Shown here: positions 1 to 7,505 of the stretch, piece after piece
Numbering within the stretch: the first letter of the stretch is position 1
How the letters are laid out: every line of letters begins with the position of its first letter
Origin: Candidatus Electronema aureum
GTDB taxonomy: Bacteria; Desulfobacterota; Desulfobulbia; Desulfobulbales; Desulfobulbaceae
DNA length: 32,000 nt
NCBI GenBank assembly: GCA_004284765.1
Contig: NQJD01000002.1
Coordinates: forward strand, 30,001 to 62,000
Reading direction: 5' to 3'
Position numbers and translations under genes: made by a program
Notes under the pieces: model-generated
Seen by the model: only the letters and a program-made list of their open reading frames with translations
Database searches by the model: none
What the model was told of the DNA's origin: nothing

Positions 1-1924
1 AACCTGACATGAAGGCATTTTGCAACCCCATGTTATTTGCATTTTCCGACCATTCCTGCTCCATCATCCGCAGATAGATTTCAGGTCGAACCGGGAGATA
101 GGATGTAATGCGCCACCAATCATCTTCTTTTATATTCCTCCCGGAAACCCACGCATTGAACAACGCCAGATGAATTCCTTCCGGCCATTCCTTTTTACCA
201 AGCGCATGATAAAGAGCCATAGCGCAGATAGAAACTTTAATGTCCATATCCGGCTGCGGCTCTTGGAAATGCGCTATTACTTCAGCAAGATTATTTTGCG
301 CTTCCAGCGCATCTGCCACCTCATAAGCAAGCAGCAATCCCAGACCAAGAATCAGATAATCTCGGTTGATTGTCCATCCGCTACCATGTTTTTGAAGAAC
401 ACGGCCCGTACTTAACTCGGTCAGCAGAGAGTTGCTGTCACCATATCCAGATAGCTCAGTCTGCAATTCTCCCCGGAAAATTCTTTTGCTTTGCTGTATC
501 CGATTGCTTAGATTGCAGATCAATTCCTGAAATGCTTCGTGGCTCAAGGAATTACCCAGCTTGCGCTCTTGCTTATCCCGCCAGTCTTCGTAAATCAGAC
601 GCTCTCTGGTGATTTCGCCTTCGCTGTCCATGCGCTCCCACAGGCGTACAGTCAGATCAAAGTAGCGGGGAATACGAAGCAGATCGATGAGGTTTTTATC
701 AAAATGATCAGGAGTCAGATTCTTGACAGCAAGTGCCGACTTTAATTCCGCATCGTTGTATGGGCCTAATGTGAAGACAGCGGCTCCTACAGAAGACAGA
801 TGTTCATCCCAGAATTTTTTGCGGCAAGTCATCAGCACTGCTGTACGATTGCACCACGGTTCCACAGCAAATTTTGCCAAAAGCTGCCGCCATTCCATAT
901 CAGGACGCTCATTCAAGCCGTCCATGACAAGGAGAAAAAGCGGCGTGTCGCCAGCCGGACGTTCCAGCCAACGCTGCAACCGTTTCTGCCAGTATCCTTC
1001 GTATGGTTCTTTTAACTGCTTCGCAAGAATTTCAGGCAAGAGAATGTCAAATTCTTTTAAATCAGCCATTCCGGAGGGAAGGAAGATGACAGGAAAACCA
1101 TCTGACAGCTTGCCGTAGAGCCAATCTACAACCGCCCAGGTTTTGCCGTCGCCTTCTTCGCCAAGAACAACAAAAAACTTGTGCTGCTCATGCCAATTGG
1201 CAAACCAGTTGTCCAGAGCTTCCTGCGCTGCTTTGCGGGGAATGAAAAACTCTCCTTCAGCCCGCACCGCCAAGTTCTGTGAAAAGGCCGCTTTTGACTC
1301 ATCCTTATTCCGCAACCGTCCGCACAGCCAAGCATTTTGCTCTTCCAGCCAGTGATCATAACCGATATTCTGCGCGGCCAGCTCCTGCTTGAGTTTTTCA
1401 GACTTGTCCGAAACCTCTTTATTTTCTTTTAGTGATTGTAGATAGCTGGAAAATTCATCAGCTTCTTGTTTGTCAGCGAAATATTTTTGCAGATGCCTGA
1501 CGGTGATCTCCGGTGCATAAGCACATAATGCGGCAAGAAAGCTCTTCTCTTCCCCTTGAGCATCTATAGAAAAATAAGCAATCCCAGAGTCCTGACTGAA
1601 TTGCCGAAGTGGATTATGATGCTGGTCACTCAACCGCTTGGTGGTGACAACCATCCAAAGATCAGGCTTTAAACTGTTCTGGGCGGCAGCGGTGAATTTA
1701 GCTAACAGCTCATCACTTTTGAGCTTTGTTGCATCATCGTATCTTTTGCATTCCGCCATCAAGAAATTGCTGGCCATGTCCCGGCCTCCCTGATCGCCTG
1801 AACGCGAAAGATGAAAACGCTGCCCGGTCAGCCGCTCAAGCAGCTTGGCGACAAGTCCTTCAAAGCCATCCTGTCCGGCGGCGGGCTGTTTCCAGATGAT
1901 TTGCAGAAATTGTTCAAAATTCAT
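1..1924 (-). CDS. Partial CDS (C-terminus lies beyond the left edge): Mrr-like PD-(D/E)xK nuclease fused to a NACHT/STAND P-loop NTPase, of the Avs/bNACHT-like antiviral type
   Basis: Not in the supplied ORF track because it has no stop codon in the window. I checked every in-frame triplet (plus-strand positions 2-4, 5-7 and so on) from 2 to 2044 and found no TTA, CTA or TCA. ATG at 1924 gives MNFEQFLQ; an alternative ATG lies at 1987. Nuclease motif GGRD (1778-1789) ... ECKRY (1739-1753). Walker A GEEGDGKT (1139-1162). Walker B VMDGLNE (908-928). This is followed by AVLMTCRKKFW, which resembles the NACHT TSR motif. Confidence 0.75.
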   Translation of the reverse strand, partial: MNFEQFLQIIWKQPAAGQDGFEGLVAKLLERLTGQRFHLSRSGDQGGRDMASNFLMAECKRYDDATKLKSDELLAKFTAAAQNSLKPDLWMVVTTKRLSDQHHNPLRQFSQDSGIAYFSIDAQGEEKSFLAALCAYAPEITVRHLQKYFADKQEADEFSSYLQSLKENKEVSDKSEKLKQELAAQNIGYDHWLEEQNAWLCGRLRNKDESKAAFSQNLAVRAEGEFFIPRKAAQEALDNWFANWHEQHKFFVVLGEEGDGKTWAVVDWLYGKLSDGFPVIFLPSGMADLKEFDILLPEILAKQLKEPYEGYWQKRLQRWLERPAGDTPLFLLVMDGLNERPDMEWRQLLAKFAVEPWCNRTAVLMTCRKKFWDEHLSSVGAAVFTLGPYNDAELKSALAVKNLTPDHFDKNLIDLLRIPRYFDLTVRLWERMDSEGEITRERLIYEDWRDKQERKLGNSLSHEAFQELICNLSNRIQQSKRIFRGELQTELSGYGDSNSLLTELSTGRVLQKHGSGWTINRDYLILGLGLLLAYEVADALEAQNNLAEVIAHFQEPQPDMDIKVSICAMALYHALGKKEWPEGIHLALFNAWVSGRNIKEDDWWRITSYLPVRPEIYLRMMEQEWSENANNMGLQNAFMSG

Positions 1925-2108
1925 AGCTGGTGAGCGAATAGATGATTCCTGACAGCAAGAGAGACTGACGGCAAGCCATCCTATCATGTGGCGGCAGGCA
2001 GGGCAACGTGTCTTTTTCGTTGCCGCGCAAGAGGACGCGCAGTATCATGAAGAATGCAACATTCTGGAAGAAATGCGAAATTCTTATTCACTGGCCCACG
2101 AGAAAACT

Positions 2109-3350
2109 ATGCGCACAGCAGAACTCCTAGAAATCATCCGCAACGGCGAGAACTCCGGCGTGGAATTCAAACGGGACGACATCCGCCCGGAACAGCTGGC
2201 AAAGGAGATTGTGGCCTTGGCCAACCTTCAGGGCGGGCGGGTGCTGCTCGGCGTGGAAGACAACGGTGCTGTGACCGGCATCAGGCGGCCTGACCTACAG
2301 GAATGGGTGCTGAATGTGTTCCGCGACAAGGTGCATCCGCAAATTATCCCGTTCTACGAGGAAATGGAGCTTGAGGAAGGCTGCCGGGTCGCTGTGGTCT
2401 CGCTGTCGCCTGGCATTGCCAAACCCTATGTGCTCCGGCATAACGGTCGGGAGGATGTGTACATCCGCATGGGCGACCGCTCTGAATTGGCGACAAGAGA
2501 ACAGCAACTTCGTCTCTTCCAAAGCGGAGGAATGCTCCATGTGGAGACCCTGCCTGTTGCCGGAACCTCGATAGACTTTCTGGATTTAGACCGGCTCAAC
2601 TTTTATCTCGCCTCCATCATCGAAGACCCAGAGCTGCCGGTCAGCAGGGAGCAGTGGATTGAACGCCTGCTCGGGCTGGGCCTGATGGCTGAGGACGGAT
2701 TGGGGAACAAAGTCTGCTCCATTGCCGGGCTGGTCTGCTTCGGCATCCGGCCACGCCGCTATCTGCCCCAGGCCGGTCTGCGGCTCATGGTCTTCGACGG
2801 GAAGGACAAGGAATATCAGGCCCGTCTCGACACTGTGCTGGACGGCCCGCTCGCTGGCCGCTGGCGCATGATCGCCGGGCAGCGGGAGCTGGTTGACCGG
2901 GGCGTGATTGAGCAGTTCGCCGCCGCGATTCAGCCGTTCATCTCCTGCGAGGAGGCGGACGTGGACGAGACCATGCGGCGCGGCAAAGAATTCTTCTATC
3001 CGTGGCAGGCGGTGCGGGAGACGGTGATCAACGCCTTGGCGCACCGCGACTGGTCGCGGTCAGTGGATGTTGAAGTTAGCAGCTATGCGGACCGGCTGGA
3101 GGTCATCAGTCCGGGCGCGCTGCAAAACTCCATGACCGTAGCCAAAATGATCGCCGGACAGCGTTCGCCCCGTAATCCCTTGATCATGGAGATTCTACGC
3201 GATTACGGCTATGTTGACGCGAGAGGAATGGGCGTGCGCACCAAAGTCATTCCCCTGATGCGGCAGCACAACGGCGCGGAGCCGGTCTTTGAGGCCAGCG
3301 AGGACTGTTTGAAAATTGTCCTGCCAAAGAGAAAGCATAATCGAAACTGA
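2109..3350 (+). CDS. AlbA_2 (divergent AAA / Schlafen-type) N-terminal domain plus HATPase_c_4 C-terminal domain; putative ATP-binding or DNA-binding protein of unknown function
   Basis: The track ORF is 1986..3350. The probable start is ATG 2109 (MRTAELLEII), or ATG 2073. N-terminal ENSGVEFKRD...LAKEIVALANLQGGRVLLGVEDNGAVTGI is the AlbA_2 signature. C-terminal RETVINALAHRDWS...YADRLEVISPGAL...RNPLI...GMGV matches the HATPase_c_4 pattern. Confidence 0.7.
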   Translation: MRTAELLEIIRNGENSGVEFKRDDIRPEQLAKEIVALANLQGGRVLLGVEDNGAVTGIRRPDLQEWVLNVFRDKVHPQIIPFYEEMELEEGCRVAVVSLSPGIAKPYVLRHNGREDVYIRMGDRSELATREQQLRLFQSGGMLHVETLPVAGTSIDFLDLDRLNFYLASIIEDPELPVSREQWIERLLGLGLMAEDGLGNKVCSIAGLVCFGIRPRRYLPQAGLRLMVFDGKDKEYQARLDTVLDGPLAGRWRMIAGQRELVDRGVIEQFAAAIQPFISCEEADVDETMRRGKEFFYPWQAVRETVINALAHRDWSRSVDVEVSSYADRLEVISPGALQNSMTVAKMIAGQRSPRNPLIMEILRDYGYVDARGMGVRTKVIPLMRQHNGAEPVFEASEDCLKIVLPKRKHNRN

Positions 3351-3351
3351 C

Positions 3352-3927
3352 TTGCTAAACAGATACTCCCACAGCAAGGCAACTTGCTCTCCTTGAGTGA
3401 TTGAGTTGGTTGCAACGAAAGCGGCGGCAATGGGCTTGCCTACAATCAATGTATTGCGCCGCCTTAACGAACCAGTTGGCAACAAAATCTAAATCAGAGC
3501 CACTTCTGATCTCGTGCATGACAAGAAGCTGATCAGAACGCTGCTCCTCGTTTTGATAATGCTTCCCGCCAAACGGCGGATTGCCCATGATGTAACCGGA
3601 AACAAGGAGGTAACGCGGCAGCTCGCGCTCCTTCAGGCCGGGGAAGTAGCCAAGGGCTTGCTCGTGGGCGCGGTCAAGGTCTTTGCCCCGCGATTTATGC
3701 TCGATCAGCAGCTTGCCCTTCCAGAGCAGGTCAATGTAGCCCTCGCGGCCATCAATCTTCCGCACCCGCTGCTCAAAGCTGGCAACTCTGCGGCGGTCAA
3801 TCCCGAAGATGTGGAAGAACGCATTCCAGAAGGTCTTCGCCTCCGCGTCTTCAGACACCTCGTCTGCCCAGTCGCGGGAGAAGGAAAGGGCGCGGGATTT
3901 TATCTCATTCCAGCTGAGTGGGGGCAT
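3352..3927 (-). pseudogene. Remnant of an MmeI-like type IIG/IIL restriction-modification enzyme (N-terminal nuclease domain joined to the NPPF methylase motif, frameshifted and 3'-truncated)
   Basis: ORF 3355..3927 begins LSWNEIKSRALSFSRDWADE...AEAKTFWNAFFHIFG and contains IDLLWKGKLLIEHK, a D-X9-E-X-K motif as in MmeI. At about 3597 it jumps straight to GNPPFGG (3571-3600). The next conserved block, AAFVATNSITQGEQVALLWEYLF, is in a different frame (ORF 3195..3485). Homology stops at about 3352, abutting the stop codon of the convergent gene at 3350. Confidence 0.65.
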
Positions 3928-3954
3928 GGCAAGGATGTGTCTTGAAAAACGACT

Positions 3955-4614
3955 TCAGCGACAAAACTCCCGTACTCCTCGGAAGCTCTGACGGTGAATG
4001 GGCGAAGGGCCGTGTTCGGCAATAGCAGCGCGGTGCGCTTGGGTGGGATAACCTTTGTGCTGAAGCAGATTGTACTGCGGATATTGGACGTGATACTCTG
4101 CCATGAGGTGATCACGGACGACCTTTGCCACGATAGAGGCTGCAGCGATGGACGCGCTTTTCGATTCGCCCTTGACTAAGGTCAGCTGCCGAAGACCAAT
4201 AGGCACTTTGAACAGGCCGTCAACTAAGAGAAAATCAGGAAGCTGCTCTATGCAGTTAGCGCAGGTTTCCACGGCTCGCCGCATAGCTAATAAAGAGGCT
4301 TGAAGGATATTCAGCAGGTCAATTTCCTCAACTGAGGCGATACCAACTCCGATGAAGGCTTCGGATGCACGTAACTCGGCATACAGTCGTTCACGGCGTG
4401 CTGGTGCTAATTTCTTGGAATCTTTCCAGCGGGAAAAGTCACTGTCAGGAGGGAGAATCACGCAAGCAGCGGTCACTGGCCCGGCAAGAGGGCCGCGTCC
4501 GGCTTCGTCAACTCCAGCGATACGGAGCAGGCCTTGTTGTCGCAACCTGCGTTCATGAAAAAACGTATCCCCGCCCAACTGCGACGGGGATAGGAGAGAA
4601 GCTCCGGCGGGCAT
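3955..4614 (-). CDS. rnhB: Ribonuclease HII
   Basis: GVDEAGRGPLAGPV active-site motif. Length 219 aa. The start overlaps the rplS stop (ATG/TAA share position 4614). Confidence 0.95.
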   Translation of the reverse strand: MPAGASLLSPSQLGGDTFFHERRLRQQGLLRIAGVDEAGRGPLAGPVTAACVILPPDSDFSRWKDSKKLAPARRERLYAELRASEAFIGVGIASVEEIDLLNILQASLLAMRRAVETCANCIEQLPDFLLVDGLFKVPIGLRQLTLVKGESKSASIAAASIVAKVVRDHLMAEYHVQYPQYNLLQHKGYPTQAHRAAIAEHGPSPIHRQSFRGVREFCR

Positions 4615-4985
4615 TAAGCCTGGGGGGGCTGTTGCAGCCTCTGTCGCTCGGTGATGCGGGCAGCTTTGCCCCGCAGGTCGCGCAGATAGAACAGGCGAGA
4701 ACGACGTACTTTGCCGTGAGAAACTACCTCAATTTTGTCAATCCGAGGAGAATGAAGGGCAAAAGTCTTTTCAACGCCTATACTGTGGGAAATCTTACGC
4801 ACAGTGAACGTAGCGTTCATCATGCCGCGCTTCCGCTTCAGCACCACGCCCTGAAAAATCTGCACTCGCTCTTTGTTGCCCTCAATAATGCGGATATGCA
4901 CCTTAACGGTGTCGCCCGGACGAAATTCCGGGTGATCAAAACGCATCTGCTCTTGGTCAATTCTGTCAATAATATTCATGGTCAT
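4614..4985 (-). CDS. rplS: 50S ribosomal protein L19
   Basis: [13 protein letters not shown]...[28 protein letters not shown] is typical L19. The start may be the ATG at 4979. Confidence 0.95.
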   Translation of the reverse strand: MTMNIIDRIDQEQMRFDHPEFRPGDTVKVHIRIIEGNKERVQIFQGVVLKRKRGMMNATFTVRKISHSIGVEKTFALHSPRIDKIEVVSHGKVRRSRLFYLRDLRGKAARITERQRLQQPPQA

Positions 4986-5064
4986 CGTATTTTACGGGCT
5001 GCTTGCCCGAAGGATGCCTCCGCTGCCACCCCTGCTTGATTGTTCGTCAATGCTGCTGCAAGTT

Positions 5065-5649
5065 TTATATCTGATCAGCTTCTTCCCGGCGGCCTAACAG
5101 TCTATCTAAAATAATCGAGGCAGCTGACCGCACCGAAAGATGGTTAAACGGCCCTATCCCCTGAATCGACGGTAGCACTGCGTCTGCCAGCTCCATCACT
5201 GCCGGGGCTAATCCCCAAGCGGTACCGAAAAGAAGCAACACCGGTGTCTGTTGCCGCAGCTCTTGGCGCAGCTCGGCATAGCTGAGGCAGTGTTGCTGTC
5301 CGCCAGCACTGGTAGCAACCACTTTGGGCTTGCACCCGTGCTGCTCGGTCATCTCAGCAATGATTTCCTCTAAGCTGCCGATGATCCTGATGATGGAGAG
5401 AGCAGCAGCACGGTCTGAATTAGCCACTCGACCGTAGCCTTCAGTCCAATGACTGACTATCCCGTTTGCCAGCTCTTGTTGCTGTGCGTAAGGAGTCACG
5501 ACCCAGTAGGTGCTGACCCCGAAGGTCTTGCCTGCTCTGGCGATATCGTGCAAATCCAAATTGGTCACTGCCGAGCCGATGATTTCACCGTTTCGGTTGA
5601 CCACTGGATGATGGATCAGCGCCACATCAAGATGAAATTCAGCATCCAT
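5065..5649 (-). CDS. SPOUT-type SAM-dependent RNA methyltransferase (TM1570 / Methyltrn_RNA_4-like)
   Basis: LDVALIHHPVVNRNGEIIGSAVTNLDLHDIAR and GTAWGL...FNHLSVRSAASIILDRL match my recollection of the TM1570 family. The probable start is the ATG at 5649 (MDAEF), which overlaps the trmD 3' end by 11 nt. Confidence 0.7.
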   Translation of the reverse strand: MDAEFHLDVALIHHPVVNRNGEIIGSAVTNLDLHDIARAGKTFGVSTYWVVTPYAQQQELANGIVSHWTEGYGRVANSDRAAALSIIRIIGSLEEIIAEMTEQHGCKPKVVATSAGGQQHCLSYAELRQELRQQTPVLLLFGTAWGLAPAVMELADAVLPSIQGIGPFNHLSVRSAASIILDRLLGRREEADQI

Positions 5650-6400
5650 GCCCGGCTCTTGCCTGCTGCACTCGCGCATAAAGTCCGGCCTTTTTCAGCT
5701 GTTTGTCTTCGGCAGGCGAAAATTGAGCCTTGATCAGCAGCTCAGGCCGCCGCTCCAAGGTCAATCGCACCGATTCCAGAAAACGGTATTCTTCAATTTT
5801 GGCATGATCGCCATGTAACAACACTTCTGGCACTGCTAATCCGGCGAATTCACGGGGTCGGGTGTATTGGCCGTGCTTGAGTAAATTGCGACTGAAGCTG
5901 TCTTTATTCGCAGAATCTGCACAACCCAACACACCGGGAAGGAGCCGAGTCACGGAATCGACCACCACTAAGGCGGCTAACTCACCGCCGGTGAGGATGT
6001 AATCACCAAGAGAAACCTCTTCATCGACGTACAGACTGCAAAATCGTTCGTCAACTCCCTCGTAACGACCGCAGACCAGTACTAATTTATCCAACCCGGA
6101 TAGCCGCTCTGCTGTTTGCTGGGTATATACTGGGCCTCGCGGAGACAGCAAAATCACCCGCCCCGGTTTATCAGTCTGTGCATCGTGCAAACAAGCGGCC
6201 AACGGTTCTGGTTTCATCACCATGCCCTCACCGCCGCCGAAAGGCCGGTCGTCAGTCATGGCATGTTTGTCTTCAGCCCAGTCGCGGATATTGTGCAGAT
6301 TGACTTTAATCTGCTCGGCTTCCAAGGCCCGCCTGATAATGCCCTCCTGAAGAGGCGAGACGAACAGCTCAGGAAAAATGGTCAGAATGTCAAAGCGCAC
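5639..6400 (-). CDS. trmD: tRNA (guanine37-N1)-methyltransferase
   Basis: MRFDILTIFPELF N-terminus, YILTGGE motif, and the operon context rimM-trmD-rplS. Confidence 0.95.
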   Translation of the reverse strand: MRFDILTIFPELFVSPLQEGIIRRALEAEQIKVNLHNIRDWAEDKHAMTDDRPFGGGEGMVMKPEPLAACLHDAQTDKPGRVILLSPRGPVYTQQTAERLSGLDKLVLVCGRYEGVDERFCSLYVDEEVSLGDYILTGGELAALVVVDSVTRLLPGVLGCADSANKDSFSRNLLKHGQYTRPREFAGLAVPEVLLHGDHAKIEEYRFLESVRLTLERRPELLIKAQFSPAEDKQLKKAGLYARVQQARAGHGC

Positions 6401-6403
6401 GGC

Positions 6404-6934
6404 TTAGGCGTTGATCTCCAGCAGCCCAAGCGGCAGGGACATGATCACCGCATCTTCTTCAATTTCGACTATGAATTCAGGCACTAACGGAATCAAGTAT
6501 TCCTTGCCGTTGTTGTCGATCTGAAGGATATCCTGCGCTCCGCCTGACAGTAAACCGATAATTTTGCCGATTACTTGGCCTTCTTCGGTCTTGACGAACC
6601 TGCCTTCCAGCTCACGGAGATAGAACTCTCCCTCATCTAACTCCGGCAGATCGTCCTCATAGACATAAATCGAAGCAAACAGGAGCTTTTCGGCCTCGGT
6701 GCGGCTGTTACAGTCTTCCAGCTTAACCACAGCCCAGCTTTTATGCGCCCGTGATCGCTCGATCTTGTGCAGAATCGGGGTACTTTCCGGTTCTCCGAGA
6801 GCTAAAAGCAAACGAGAATAGGACAGCAAGCTCTCTGGCTCACCCGAATAAGGACGCATTTTCAGCTCACCCTTGAGACCGTGCGCCCCGCTTACCCTGC
6901 CGATCAGCACCAATTCTTCCGCGCTGTTCGTCAT
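6404..6934 (-). CDS. rimM: Ribosome maturation factor RimM
   Basis: LIGRVSGAHGLKGELK N-terminal motif, PRC-barrel-like C-terminus, and its position between the KH protein gene and trmD. Confidence 0.9.
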   Translation of the reverse strand: MTNSAEELVLIGRVSGAHGLKGELKMRPYSGEPESLLSYSRLLLALGEPESTPILHKIERSRAHKSWAVVKLEDCNSRTEAEKLLFASIYVYEDDLPELDEGEFYLRELEGRFVKTEEGQVIGKIIGLLSGGAQDILQIDNNGKEYLIPLVPEFIVEIEEDAVIMSLPLGLLEINA

Positions 6935-6937
6935 AAC

Positions 6938-7168
6938 TTATTCAATGATCTCAAGACGGCAACGTTTTTCTTTTTTTTCGGCCATCGCTGCCAAAACTGT
7001 ACGGAGGGAACGGGCAGTACGGCCTTGCTTGCCGATGATTTTGCCCAAATCTTCCTTAGCAACCTTCAGTTCCACCGTCACGGTGCCGTCTTCCTCACGC
7101 TCCGAGGTTTCTACCGCGTCCGGCGTATCAACCAACCGGGAGGCGATAAAAGAGACCAATTCCTTCAT
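6938..7168 (-). CDS. KH-domain RNA-binding protein (UPF0109/YlqC-like)
   Basis: 76 aa. GKIIGKQGRTARSLRTV is a KH GxxG motif. Conserved position between rpsP and rimM. Confidence 0.85.
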   Translation of the reverse strand: MKELVSFIASRLVDTPDAVETSEREEDGTVTVELKVAKEDLGKIIGKQGRTARSLRTVLAAMAEKKEKRCRLEIIE

Positions 7169-7172
7169 GATA

Positions 7173-7433
7173 TTAGGCAGTAGCCTGAACTGCCGCAGCT
7201 TTGCACTTGTCGATCAAGGTTTTCACCGTCTCGGAAGGCAAAGCTCCCTTGCCCATCCAATCAGCCAGCTTTGCCTCGTCGATACGGACAGCAGCAGGCT
7301 CCTGCATAGGATCATAGGTGCCGACGATGTCCAAAAACTTACCATCACGGCAGGAATGAGAATCTGCAACAATGATGCGGTAAAATGCGTGCTTCTTGCG
7401 GCCTTTTCTGGTCAGGCGGATTCGTACTGCCAT
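7173..7433 (-). CDS. rpsP: 30S ribosomal protein S16
   Basis: MAVRIRLTRKGRKKHAFYRIIVADS is the canonical S16 N-terminus. Confidence 0.95.
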   Translation of the reverse strand: MAVRIRLTRKGRKKHAFYRIIVADSHSCRDGKFLDIVGTYDPMQEPAAVRIDEAKLADWMGKGALPSETVKTLIDKCKAAAVQATA

Positions 7434-7505
7434 TTTTCTCTGTTCTCCTGTGGATTATGTGCATCCGGTTGCCCGGTTCTGATTTTCCTGCAAAAAATTG
7501 TGCGG

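Noticed and set aside
20-1359. Plus-strand track ORFs at 20..415, 370..612, 539..745, 723..1118, 800..1015 and 1143..1355, and the minus-strand ORF at 1126..1359
   Set aside because: All lie inside the 641-codon minus-strand nuclease-STAND ORF, either antisense to it or in a different frame. Their translations are low-complexity or rich in Cys, Arg and Ser, with no recognisable motifs.
3514-3945. Plus-strand ORF of 143 aa opposite the MmeI-like remnant
   Set aside because: The opposite strand carries strong MmeI-family N-terminal similarity, and this ORF has no motif support.
4365-5039. Plus-strand ORF of 224 aa
   Set aside because: It is antisense to rnhB and rplS.
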